64,000 nucleotides of DNA, from assembly GCA_038087875.1 (NCBI GenBank), contig CM075990.1, positions 3,288,001 through 3,352,000 on the forward strand, given 5' to 3'. Source of the DNA: Malacoraja senta (taxonomy: Eukaryota). The first letter of the stretch is position 1. The number at the start of each line of letters is the position of its first letter. Below are positions 51,562-63,188 of the stretch, piece after piece. The notes under the pieces were generated by a model that saw nothing but the letters and a program-made list of their open reading frames with translations, was not told the origin of the DNA and ran no database searches. A program made the translations under genes and the position numbers.

Positions 51562-51806
51562 TGTGGCGGCCCCTGGTGGTGAGCCACGCGCACTGCAAAC
51601 CCTCGGCTCTGGAGGGGCGAGTCACGTGTCTTGGTGACGGAACGTGCAGGTCACGAGGCTCCCCTGGGGGTTATTTAAGGTCGGGAACGCCCGTGCCTAG
51701 GGGTGTAGTATGGAGGTGTAACGATAGTTAACATAAAAAATTTACCTGCTGGACAAACTTCGTGTCCCACCTCATTCTTGGCTGGACAGCTTCGAGTCCC
51801 TCCTCA
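51562..51806 (+). mobile_element. Gypsy-type LTR (245 bp)
   Basis: TG..CA ends with imperfect inverted termini, TATA-like TATTTAA 51672-51678, polyA-like CATAAA 51732-51737, tRNA-Trp PBS 1 nt downstream, AAGG TSD. Confidence 0.8.
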
Positions 51807-51807
51807 A

Positions 51808-51857
51808 TGGTGACCCCGACGTGATCCGAACATGCAGCCTTCTGATCTGGAGTCAGA
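51808..51857 (-). pseudogene. Retrocopy of mature tRNA-Trp(CCA) nt 27-76 (extended primer-binding site)
   Basis: Minus strand reads TCTGA CTCCAGA TCAGA AGGCT GCATG TTCGGAT CACGT CGGGGTC A CCA: anticodon arm (CCA), T-arm, acceptor 3' strand and CCA of vertebrate tRNA-Trp. Confidence 0.9.
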
Positions 51858-52492
51858 GGCCTCAAAGGCCTGGATAGAGTTGACGTGGAGTAGATGTTTC
51901 CAGTAGTGGGAGAGACTCGGACCAGAGAGCTCACCATGACAATAAAAGGGTGCAGTTTTAGAATATGAGGAGGGATTTCTTTGGCCAGAGGGTGGTGAAT
52001 CCGCAGAATCCATTGCTATAGATGGTGGTGGAGGCCAAGTCAGTGGGTATTTTAAATGCAGAGGGTGGACTAACAGTAGGATTGCAGCCTTACAGCGCTG
52101 GAGACATGGGTTCCATCCTGACTACTGCCGCTTGTCTGTTCGAAGTTTGTACATTCTCCCCGGGATAGCTGGTCAGCGCAGACTCGGTGGGCTGAAGGAC
52201 CTGTTTACGCGCTGTTTCTCTAAACTAAACTAAACAGAGGTGTTAGGTTCTCGATTAGTAAGGGCTTCAAAGGTTACAGTGAGAAGGCAGGAGAATGGGA
52301 TTGAGAGGGAAAGATAGATCAGCCATGATCGAATGACGGAGCAGTCTTGATGGGCCAAATGGCCTAATTCTGCTCCTGTGTCATGGTCTTACAGTCTCAT
52401 GGAATCATCCACAAGTGGACAGCGTGAGGAAAGGGACATTCTGGTCAGTGTGGGCAAGTTGGGCCGAAGGGCCTGTTCCACGCTGTATGACT

Positions 52493-53122
52493 ATCATAAT
52501 CATACTTTATTAGTCAAGTATGTTTTGCAACATACGAGGAATTTGCCATACAGTCATATCAATAATAATAAACAGGACACACAAAATACATTTTAACATG
52601 AACATCCACCACAGTGACTCCTCCACATTCCTCACTGTGATGGAAGGCGAAAAAAAGTTCAATGTCTTCCCTTCTTTGCTCTCACGCGGTCGGGGGTTCG
52701 AGCCTTCTGTTGACGGGGCGATCTTGGCTCCCGTAGCTGACGGTCGGGCCCTCCGCGTCAGGGCGATCAAGCTCCTGCATCAGGAGGGATTCTCAGCTCC
52801 CCTGCGCCGGGTGATCGGACCTTGGGTCAGGGCTGGTCTAAACCTTCTGCGTCGTTTGGAGCTCCCGACATCGGTCTCTACCCGAGACCTGGAGCTCCTC
52901 GATGGTGAAATCCGCAGCGTCGATCCCAGGCTAGGGTTCGGCTCCGATGGTAAGTCCACGCCCCGCGGTGGGGCTCAAAGTCAGTCCCGAGCAAGGGTTC
53001 CAGCTCCATGACGTTAGGCCGCAAAGCGACCGGTGATACGATCCGGAAAACAATCGCATCTCCGCCGAGATAAGAGATTGAAAAAAGTTTCCCCCGACCC
53101 CCTCCCACAAACCAGAGAACAT
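52493..53122 (-). mobile_element. GC-rich non-autonomous retroelement (family A), 5'-truncated
   Basis: Reverse-complement homologue of 33358-34118 including the hairpin (52605-52643) and tail. Confidence 0.7.
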
Positions 53123-53811
53123 GAACTCTATGAAAGCAGGGACAAGTTAGAACCAGTCATGGTTTGAAGTCATGTTGCAGCTGCATAAAACCTTGGTTAG
53201 GCTGCATTTAGAATATTGTGTGCAGTTCTGATCGCCCCATTACAGGAAGGATGGGGAGATTTGTGGAGGGTGCAGAGAGGTTTACCAGAATGCTGCCAGA
53301 ATTACAGGGTACTAGCTATAAGGGGAGGTTGGACAAACCTGGATTGTTTTCTTTGGGGAGTTGGAGACTGAGGGGAGACTTGATAGATTACAAAATAACG
53401 AGCAGCACAGATAGAGTAGACAGCCAGAACCTTTTACCCAGGGTGAAAATGTCAAAGACGTAAGGGGATGCGTGTAAGTCAGAGGGAGAAAGCTTAAAGG
53501 AGATATGCAGAGCAGATTGTCTACACAGAGAGTGGTGAGTGTCTGGAACATGCTGCCAGGGGTGGTGGTAGAAGCAGGTATTGTCTATTATCTATTGTCA
53601 GATACAATAGTGGGGTCTACCATTTTATCAGATAGGCACGTGGATATACTTTGCCACAGACGGCTGTGGAGACAAAGTCAATGGATATATTTAAGGCAGA
53701 GATAGATGGATTCTTGATTAGTACGGGTGTCAGAGGTTATGGTGAGAAGGCAGGAGAATGGGGTTAGGAGGGAGAGATAGATCAGCCATGATTGAATGGC
53801 AGAGTAGACTT

Positions 53812-54157
53812 TTTTTTAATATATTTTTTATTAGAAGTAAGTACAATTGTATACAATCATATTTTCATAATACATTTTACGTACAGCTTCTTATTTTTTA
53901 ATTTTGTAATAAAGAAGAAAAAGAAAAAGAAGTTAGATAATGAAGAATAGAAAAATGTGAGATATATAGTGTGTGAAAAAGAAAAATAAAGAGTGAAAGA
54001 AGAAAGTTAAGAAATAGAAAATAGAAGAAAAAGAGTAAAAGAAAAAAAGAGAAGAAAAAGAAAAGAGAAGTAAGGAGATCGTATTTATTATCTTGACCAT
54101 TCCTCACCCAGTCACGGATTAGCTTTTACACTTGTGTTGCACCATATGTTTCCAAAA
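53812..54157 (-). mobile_element. 5'-truncated L1 3' end with 11-bp TSD, inserted in a CR1 tail
   Basis: AGAGTAGACTT at 53801-53811 and 54158-54168; AATAAA + oligo(A) on the minus strand; start resembles the ORF2 end at 63720. Confidence 0.8.
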
Positions 54158-54823
54158 AGAGTAGACTTGATGGGCCGAATGGCCCAATTCTGCTCCTATC
54201 GCTTATGACCTTATGACCTTATGATATGGATGGAATGGCAGGATATGGAGCACATACAGTATAGACAGAATGAATTAGTTTAACTTGCCATCATGTACAG
54301 CACAGACATTGTGGGCCAAAGGCCTGTTCCTGTGCTGTACTGTTCTATGTTCTATAGTTCTATGTATGCACAGCATTCAGGGGAGTGAGCAGATGGGAGG
54401 CGTAACTTAACCAGATATTATAATAGAAAGGGTGAGCGTAGTATGTAGCAACACGGTTTATAAGTCCATAAGTTCTAGGAGCAGAATATGGCCATTCGGC
54501 CCATCAAGTTTATTCCGCCATTCCATACCCTGCCTGCTAATTTACTTGCCTAATTATCTCTTAACCATTATTGTCGTGGCTGCTTCCACCATGTTCCTTG
54601 GCAGTGTGTTCATCATCGACCACTCTCTGCTTAAAAAATTTGCCTCACAAATCTCCTTTAAACATTCCCCCTCTCTCCATGAATCCATACCCTCTAGTAT
54701 TTGACATTCCCGTCATGGGAACCATTGTCCTCATCTATGCTTCGCGTAACTTTAAATACTCCTAACCGGTTGCCTCTCAGCCTTTATCATTCCAGGCAAA
54801 ACAAGTTTGTCCATCCCCTCAGT

Positions 54824-55150
54824 GGCGCGGCATGGTGGCGCAGCGGTAGAGTTGCTGCCTTACAGCGCTTGCAGCACCGGAGACCCGGGTTCGATCCCGA
54901 CTACGGGTGCTGGTCTGTACGTAGTTTGTACGTTCTCCCCGTGACCTGCGTGGGTTTTCTCCGAGATCTTCGGTTTCCTCCCACACTCCAAAGACGTACA
55001 GGTTTGTAGGTAAAATTGGCTTGGTATCAATGTCAATTGTCTCTAGTGTGTGTAGGGTAGTGTTAATGTGCGGGATCTCTGGTCGGCGTGGACTCGGTGG
55101 GCCGAAGGGACTGTTTCAATGCTTTATCTCTAAACCAAACTAAACTAAAC
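54824..55150 (+). mobile_element. HE1-like V-SINE (full length)
   Basis: tRNA head, V-domain, tail, (TAAAC)n. Confidence 0.9.
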
Positions 55151-55289
55151 CCTCGTTATAGCTAATACTCTGTAATCCAAGCAACATCCTGGTGTGTGCA
55201 GGAAGGAATTGCAGATGCTGGTTTAAACCGAAGATAGACGCTGGAGTAACTGGAGTAACGAAGATAGCTGGAGTAACTCAGCGGGTCAG

Positions 55290-55535
55290 ACAATAGACAA
55301 TAGACAATAGACAATAGGTGCAGGAGTAGGCCATTCGGCCCTTCGAGCCAGCATCACCATTCAATGTGATCATGGCTGATCATCCCAATCAGTACCCCGT
55401 TCCTGTCTTCTCCCCATATCCCCTGACTCCGCTATCTTTAAGAGCCCTATCTAGCTCTCTCTTGAAAGCATCCAAAGAACCGGCCTCCACCGCCCTCTGA
55501 GGCAGAGAATTCCACAGACTCACCACTCTCTGTGA
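55290..55535 (-). mobile_element. CR1 3' fragment inserted into a Penelope pseudo-LTR (55195-55850)
   Basis: Pseudo-LTR sequence breaks at TCAGAC and resumes as GACAGCATCTCTGG. Confidence 0.85.
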
Positions 55536-56677
55536 GACAGCATCTCTGGAGAAAAGGAATAGGTGACGTTTTGGGTCGAGACCCATCTTCAGACTGAGAG
55601 TCAGGGGAGAGGGAAACGAGAGATATGGACGGTGGTATAGTGAGATATAGAACAAACAATATGCAAAAAAGTAACAATAAAGAAAACAGGCTATTGTTAG
55701 CTGTGGGCTAGGTGAAAACGAGTTACAGACAACGAAACTCACCAGGACGACAGAGAAACTGGTGCAATGACTAGGGTGCAGGAGGAACGGAAAGAGAGGG
55801 GATGCAAGGTTTACTTGAAGTTAGAGAAATCAAGATTCACAGTGCTGGGTGTGAATCTGGTGAACCTTCTGTTGCACCCTTTCCAAAGGCTCCAAATCCT
55901 TCCTGTAATGTGGTGACCAAAACTGCATACATGTTTTAGATAGCTGCAACATGACTTCCATTCTTAATACTCAATGTCCCAACTGTTGAAGCCAAGTCTT
56001 CTTGACCATACTACCCACTTATATTTCTATTTACAGGGAGCTGCAGGCTTGGACCAAAAGATGCCTGTGTGTATTACTACTCCTATGAATGCTCCATTAC
56101 TGTCAGCTTTCCTTTGTCCGAGGCTCATACCGAAGATAGACACAAAGTGTTGGAGTAACTCAGCGGGTCAGGCAGCACCTCTGGAGAAAAAGGATGGGTG
56201 ACATTTTGGGTCGGAACCCTTCTTGAGACTGAAAGCGGGTGGGGGGGGGGTCAATTGGAGGTAGGAAAAGGCCAGAACGAATCAGGGCCGGCAACAGATG
56301 ACCGAGGAAGCAGTGGAGCCCACAATGGCCCATTGTTGGCTGGGGTAGCGAGTCCGAGTTAAAACACGGCCACAGAGCCAGAGAGCAGGAGGAATCACAG
56401 AGGGGGAGCAGTGAGAGAGTGTGTTGCTGAACTCCAGTCAGAGAGAGGAGGAAAACCTCTTGAAAGTAGGCACACCTTGAGGAGATCTCACGGTGGAGTA
56501 GACGAAATGTGGAAGGAACTGCAGATGCTGTTTTATCCCGAAGATAAGTACATTTTGTCTGCTCCACTGTGAGATCCAGCACTTTGTCTATCTTCTGTCT
56601 GCCATCCTCTATGTTTGACCTCCTAAAATGCAACCCTTCACACTTGACTAGATTATTCTCTCTTGTTTGAATAAAAA

Positions 56678-57260
56678 ACTGCTGAGGCTTTATACGGCAC
56701 TGGTCAGACCACATTTGGAGTATTGTCAGCCATTTTGGACCCCTTATTTGAGGAAGGATGTGCTGCCGCTGGAGAGGGTCCAGAGGAGGTTTACACGAAT
56801 GATCCCAGGAACGATTGGTTTAACAAACGATGAGCGTTTGACGACGCTGGGCCACTACTCGCTGGAGTTCAGGAGGATGAGGGGGGAACCTCATTGAAAC
56901 TTACCAAATATTGAAAGGCCTGGATAGAGTGGATGTGGGGAGGATGTTTCCACTAGTGGAAGAGTCTAGGACCAGAGGGCACAGCCACAGAATTAAAGAA
57001 CGTACCTTTAGAAAAGAGGAGGAAATTCTTTCGTCAGAGGGTGGCGAATCTGTGGAATTCATTGCCACAGAAGGCTGCGGAGGCCGTCAATTAATATTTT
57101 AAAGGTGGAGATTGATAGATTCTTGATCTGGGGTTAAGGGGAGAAGGCAGGAGAATGGGGTTGAGAGGGAAAGATAGATCAGCCATGAGTGAATGGAGGA
57201 GTAGACTTGATGGGTCGAATGACATAATTCTGTTCCTATCACTTATGAACTTATGAACCT
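56678..57260 (+). mobile_element. CR1 LINE 3' fragment
   Basis: LLRLYTALVRPHLEYCQPFWTPYLRKDVLPLERVQRRFTRMIPG. Confidence 0.9.
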
Positions 57261-58089
57261 TTGGGATCCCAGTTCTTGGAACGCCGGAGGATGAGGAGAG
57301 ACTTGATAGAAGTATATAAAATCATGACAGGCATAGATAGGGTGGATCTGGAGGACATAGATCAGAAGATGGGTCTCGACCCGGAACGTCACCCATTCCT
57401 TCTCTCTGGAGATGCTGCCTGTCCCACTGAGTTACTCCAGCATTTTCTGTCTATGATAAGGTAGACAGTCAGAACCTTTCTCCCAGGGTGGACATGCCCA
57501 ACACTAGGGGGCATGGCTATAATGTGAGAGTGGTAAGTTTAATGGGGAGGTGCGGGGCAAGTTTTTTACATCACCTATTCATGTCCTCCAGAGATGCTGG
57601 CTGAGAGGCTGAGTTACTCCAGCACTTTTGCCCTTTTGTGTAAACCAACCTCTGCAGTTCCTTGTTTCTACTCTAAATCCTTTTCTCTGTTCCCTTCACA
57701 TGAAGCCAACAATTTTGGCCAAATCTATTGATTCTTCCCCAACATCTTTTGTGGGTCACTGTCAGGGGTTATGGGGAGAAGGCAGGAGAACGGGGTTGAG
57801 TGGGAAAGATAGATCAGCCATGATAGAATGGTGGAATAGACTTGATGGGCCGAATGGCCTAATTCTGCTCCTATAACTTATGAACATGAAATATCATTGA
57901 TTTTTTTCTAATTAGCCCTTAAAAGGTACCACATTTCACATTGCCCTGCCTTCCTCCTTTCCAGTTTTCTTCCCTCCCCTCCTATAATCAGTCTAGAAAA
58001 GGATTCCAACCTGAAACATCACCTGTCCATGTTTTCCTGTCATTCCGTCTGACCCGCACAGTTACTCCAGCACTCTGTGTCTCCTTTTG

Positions 58090-58652
58090 CAAACCAATCT
58101 GCCACAGCCAATGATGGTCCAATTCTACACGGCCATCGTAGAGTCTGTCCTCACCTTCTCCATCATGGTCTGGTTTGGCTCAGCCACCAAGCACGACATC
58201 TGGAGGCTGCAGAGAATCGTCCGGTCAGCCGAGAAGGTTGTTGGCTGCAACCTTCCCCCCAATCGACGAACTGTACACTGCAAGGGCCAGGAAGCGAGCG
58301 GGTAAGATCACCTCTGACCCTTCTCACTGTGGCCACAAACTCTTTGAATCACTTCCCTCTGGAAGGCGACTCCGGACTGTCAAACCCGCCACAGCCAGAT
58401 ATAAGAACAGTTTTTTTCCACGAGCAGTAGCTCTACTCAATAACCAAAAGTCTGCAGCCTCCTTTTGCTCTGGTATTTTATTTCATTCACAGGTTTCAAT
58501 TATAATGTTTTATTCTTAATGTTTTAATGTTTTATGTTTTATTCTTAATTGTTTACTGTATGTCGTGTTGTTACTTGCGAGCGGAGCACCAAGGTAAATT
58601 CCTTGTATGTGTACAAACTTGGCCAATAAACTTATTCATTCATTATCATTAT
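58090..58652 (+). mobile_element. Rex1/Babar-type LINE 3' fragment
   Basis: NLPQPMMVQFYTAIVESVLTFSIMVWFG..LPSGRRLR..TARYKNSFFPRAVALLN; same tail at 16388-16620. Confidence 0.9.
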
Positions 58653-58736
58653 TAAACCTCCTTGACCCCACATTTCACTTTCCCACACTGGAGGTGCTGC
58701 ATTAATCAAAATTGTGTAAACACACCCTGCAAAGAG

Positions 58737-59510
58737 ACACTGAAGATAGACACAAAATGCTGGAGTAACTCAGCGGGACAGGCAGCATCTCCGGAGAGAA
58801 GGAATGGGTGACGTTTCAGGTCGAGACCCTTCTTCAGACAGGTTAGGGATAAGGGAAACGAGGGATATAGACGATGATGTGGAGAGATAAAGAACAATGA
58901 ATGAAAGATATGGAAAAAACTAACGATGATAAAGGAAACAGGCCATTGTTAGCTGTTTGTTGGGTGAAAATGAGAAGCTGGTGCGACTTAGGTGGGGGAA
59001 GGATAGAGAGAGAGGGAATGCCGGGGCTACCTGAAATTAGAGATATCAATATGCATGCCACTGGGCCGTAAGTTGCCCAAACAAAATATGAGACGCTGTT
59101 CCTCTAATTTGCGTTTAGCCTCACTCTGACAATGGAGGAGATCTAGGACAGAAAGGTTGGTGTGGGAATGGGAAGGAGAATTAAAGTGTTTAGCAACCGG
59201 GAGATCAGGTAGGTCCAGGCGGGCTGAGGGAAGGTGTTCAGCGAAACGATCGCCCAGTCAGCGTTTGGTCTCGCCAATGTATAAGAATCCACATCTAGAA
59301 CAATGGATCCAGTAGATGAAGTTTGAGGAGGTGCAAGTGAACCTCTGCCTAACCTGAAAGGACTGTCGGGGTCCCTGGACAGAGTCGAGGAAGGGAGGTA
59401 TAGGGACAGGTGTTGCATCTCATGTGGTTGTAGGGGAGGGGGTGGTTTGGGTGGGAAGGGACGAGTGGACCAGGGAGTTGCGGAGGGAACGGTCTCTGCG
59501 GAAGGGTGGG
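58737..59510 (-). mobile_element. Penelope-like 3' fragment (GIY-YIG + pseudo-LTR)
   Basis: Homologous to 17178-17945; FTCTSSNFIYWIHCSRCGFLYIGETKR. Confidence 0.85.
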
Positions 59511-61121
59511 AAAAGACACTGATCCTGCCTGAGCTTCGACGGCTGCATTGCCTGTTCTGGTTGTGTTATCGCGCAGCGAGCTGTCTCTGTTGATGGGAAG
59601 TCTGTATTGATCAATGTAGTGGTGTCTGCATGAGACACGGTTACATTTTATACTTTCCAGTCACTGGGTAGAAATACTATAACCTTTATATAATGACGTC
59701 AACTTAAATGATATGTAGGAAGTTTCCTGGCCATTGGCACATTGATTTTGCATGTGTCTGTGTTTGTAAACTAATGAAGGACGACTTAATCAATTTTATT
59801 GTAAACCACTTCAGCACATTGTGGGGAAATTTGATGATGGCCCATTGACACTGGGACCTTGAAAATACAATCACCGCTTGGTTGAGCAAAGAGTGTGTGG
59901 GAATGAATATGTGTCTACAAGATTGGGTGCCAGCCTGGCTAAAGTTGCATTCACGTTTGCATGGAGATGTGCAGATTTCAGCTAAGGTTCGGGATTAATA
60001 TATTGCCACGTACACCGAGGTACAGTGAAAAGCTTCGCCCAGGACCAGTCTCACCCCCCCCCCGTCCCCCCCACCCCCCCCCCAGACTCTCCCTCTTCTC
60101 CCCGATCGCCCATCAGGCAGGAATGAATGAACGATCCTTTATTGTCACAGGGCAGCTAGGTGCAGTGAAATGCTTTGTTTGGCATGCAACTGATGCAATG
60201 CACAAGTGTTGCCACGTGTTGGCGCCGACAATGTTGCTAAAGTACCGAACACTCCTGTCTACTAACTGCCACCGCACGTTACAGCTGACCTCCCCCCCCC
60301 CCAATCCCCCGGGTTTGCAGTGGCCCCTCCACGCCGGGACCCTCGTTGCGCTCAGCAGTCCCTCACCTCCTCGGGTCCCTTTTTCTCGCGACGGCTCCCC
60401 GACAGGCCCCTCCATTGCTCTCATCGGTCCACCCCGCTCTCATAGAAACCCGGGTGTCGGGCGCTGAGAGGCAGCAACTCTACCGCTGTGCCATTGTGCT
60501 GCCCCACACCTACAGCCGAGTTACTCCAGCATTTCGTGTCTACCTTCGCTATCAACCAGCATCTGCAATTCCTTGTGTAAGATAGAACTGCAGATGCTGG
60601 GTAAAAGATGGAGTCTGAAGAAGGGTCTCGACCCGAAACGTCGCCCATTCCTTCTCTCCAGAGATGCCGCCTGTCCCGCTGAGTTACTCCAGCTTTTTGT
60701 GCCTATCTGCAATTCCTTTCCACACAGATTGCATTTACAGTATTTGCATTCGATTTACTGTATCTTTTTTCCCAATTAACTCCACAGGAGTGGGTTAGTC
60801 TTGCAGAGCCCAGCGTCCCATGATCACACAGAGGGAAATCAGTCAGGAATACTTGACATTACTGCCATCCATCAACTCCCACTGGAAATGCATGTGCATG
60901 TTGGGGAAAGATTCAGATACTGAGCCGGCTGCCGAGAAACTAGACCGAGTGTGCTGGGTTTCAGACCACCATCCCATCTAAAGTCAACTTCACAGAGAGT
61001 AAATCACATTCCCAGTCGACCTGGAAGTCCAATTAGGCAATGGTTTTGTGAGTCTACTTGTGACCCATCTTCGGTGTGAAGTAGTTGCCCCTCAGATCTT
61101 TTCTCCCTCAACTTAAAACTT

Positions 61122-61402
61122 TGGGGTGGCACCCTGGTGCAGCGGTAGAGTTGCTGCCTCACAGCGCCAGAGACCCGGGTTCCATCCTGACTACAGGTGC
61201 TGTCTGTACGGAGTTTATACCTTCTCTCTCTGACCTCATGGGTTTTCTCCGGGTGCTCCGGTTTCCTCCCACACTCCAAACACCTGCAGGGTTGTAAGCT
61301 AATTGGCTTCTGCAAATTGTAAATCGTCCCCAGTGCGTAGGGTAGTGCTAGTGAATGGGGGCGATCGCTGGCCAGCGTGCTCTCGGTGGGCTGTATCTCT
61401 AA
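61122..61402 (+). mobile_element. HE1-like V-SINE
   Basis: tRNA head, V-domain, partial tail. Confidence 0.85.
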
Positions 61403-61777
61403 TGGTTAAATTCTCAAAGACCGGGGTGGGACAAGTCTTTGATTATGTTGCCTGCTTTTCCGAGGCAGCGTGAAGTCTAGTTGGAGTCAAATGCTAGAGT
61501 AACTTAGTGGGGTCAGGCAGCATCCCCGGAGAAAAGGAATCGGTGACGTATCGGGTCGGGACCCTTCTTCAGACTCAGTATGGGGCAGTCTGGTCTTTGC
61601 GATGGACTGGGTTAGATGTGCAGTACTCTGCAATTTCTCACGGTCTTGGGCAGAGCTTTTCCAAAACAGAACACCCTACTTCCCAGGACCCTACTGTTCA
61701 CCCTCCCATTGCCCTTTCTAAATAACAGTACAATATTGACAGCCCAACAGTTTTCAGAGACTTCCCAATGTGGCTAA

Positions 61778-62323
61778 TGGAACTGTCCCACTTAGGCGAT
61801 TTTTTTCGGCGACTGTCGGCGACTGTCATAGTCATGGCAGGTCGCCGAAAAAACGGCGACTGGAACCACCCCCCCCTACAACAATGTCTACGACAACCTA
61901 CCACCTAGTCGACGTCAAGCTACGGCAAGCTACCGACAACCGGCGACCTGTAGGACGTCCACCTACAACCACACCTACAACAACCTACGTCCACCCGCGA
62001 CAAGCTACGACAAGGTAGGATAATTCAGTCGCCGGTACCTGTCGCCAGTTGACGTAGGTAGTCGCCAATGGAATTCACCGAAGTCAGCAGCAGCAACAAC
62101 CTCCGTCATCCTGGCGACAGCACGTACGTCAGGCTACGATCATTGGCGTCAAGCCCACGGGCGGCGAAACGTTTTGAACATTTCAAAATCCAGCGGCGAG
62201 CAGTAAAAAGGTACCACCCTTTGGACGACTGAGGAGACCATACAGGCGACACCCCAGCGACCATGTGGCGACAGCCTTGTTGCCTGTAGTCGCCTAAAAA
62301 ATCGCCCAAGTGGGACAGGGGCA
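61778..62323. mobile_element. Harbinger-type MITE (family 2)
   Basis: TIRs CTGTCCCACTT.GGCGATTTTTT; TAA on both sides. Confidence 0.85.
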
Positions 62324-63059
62324 TAAGAATGAATCTCTCCAAGGATCTGGGCACTTTCTTCCCTCTCTTCCCACAAGGTCCAACTTGGTCTGGCCCTTGG
62401 GATTTATCCACCTTAGTGCTTGTCTGTACGGAGTTTGTACGTTCTCCCGAAGGTAGACACTAAAATGCTGGAGTAACTCAGCGGGACAGGCAGCATCCCT
62501 GGAGAGAAGGAACAGGTGACGTTTCAGGTCGAGACCCTTCTTCAGAGATGAGTTACTTCAGCATTTTGTCTCGACCTTCGATTGAAACCAGCATCTGCAC
62601 TTCTTTCCTGCACAGTTTGTACATTCTCCCCGTGACCTGCATGGGTTTCCTCCGGGAAGCTCCAGATTCCTCCCACATTCCAAAGACGTACAGGTTTGTA
62701 GGCCAATTGGCTTGGTATAATTGTAAATTGTCCCTAGTGTGTGTAGAATAGTGTTAGTGTGCGGGGATCGCTGGTCGGCACGGACTCGGTGGGCCGAAGG
62801 GCCTGTTTCCGTGCTGTATCTCTAAGCTAAACTAAACTAAACTGGTGCAATTTTAAACTGCCAATAACTCCTCTTTGGTCATTTTAAACCAAAGAAAACT
62901 GGAGGATGGTACATGTATTTCTTATCATGTATCTGTACACTGTAAATGGCTCGATTGTAATCATGTACTGTCTTTCCGCTGACTGGTTAGCACGCAACAA
63001 ATGCTTTTCACTGTACCTCGGTACACGAGACAAATTAAACTGAACTGAACTGTACTGTT

Positions 63060-63188
63060 ATTAAGAAGGGCCGCAAAGAGACGACAGGGAACTACAGGCC
63101 GCTGAGCCTGACAACAATGGTGCGGAAATTACTGGTGGGGATTCTGACTGACAAGATCCGCCAGCACTTAGATAGACAAGACTGATTG
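63060..63188 (+). mobile_element. CR1 RT N-terminal fragment
   Basis: KKGRKETTGNYRPLSLTTMVRKLL..DKIRQHLD (NYRP.SL motif). Confidence 0.75.

Larger units (their letters stand above)
51455..52390 (+). mobile_element. CR1 LINE 3' fragment hosting the LTR insertion and a SINE piece
   Basis: CTCATTGAAAC..TGAAAGG|CCTGGATAGAG; the uninterrupted sequence is seen at 56889-56930. Confidence 0.8.

Noticed and set aside
51808..51857. Functional tRNA-Trp gene
   Set aside because: Only nt 27-76 are present, with no D-arm/A-box, and CCA is encoded. It is a copy of mature tRNA attached to an LTR.
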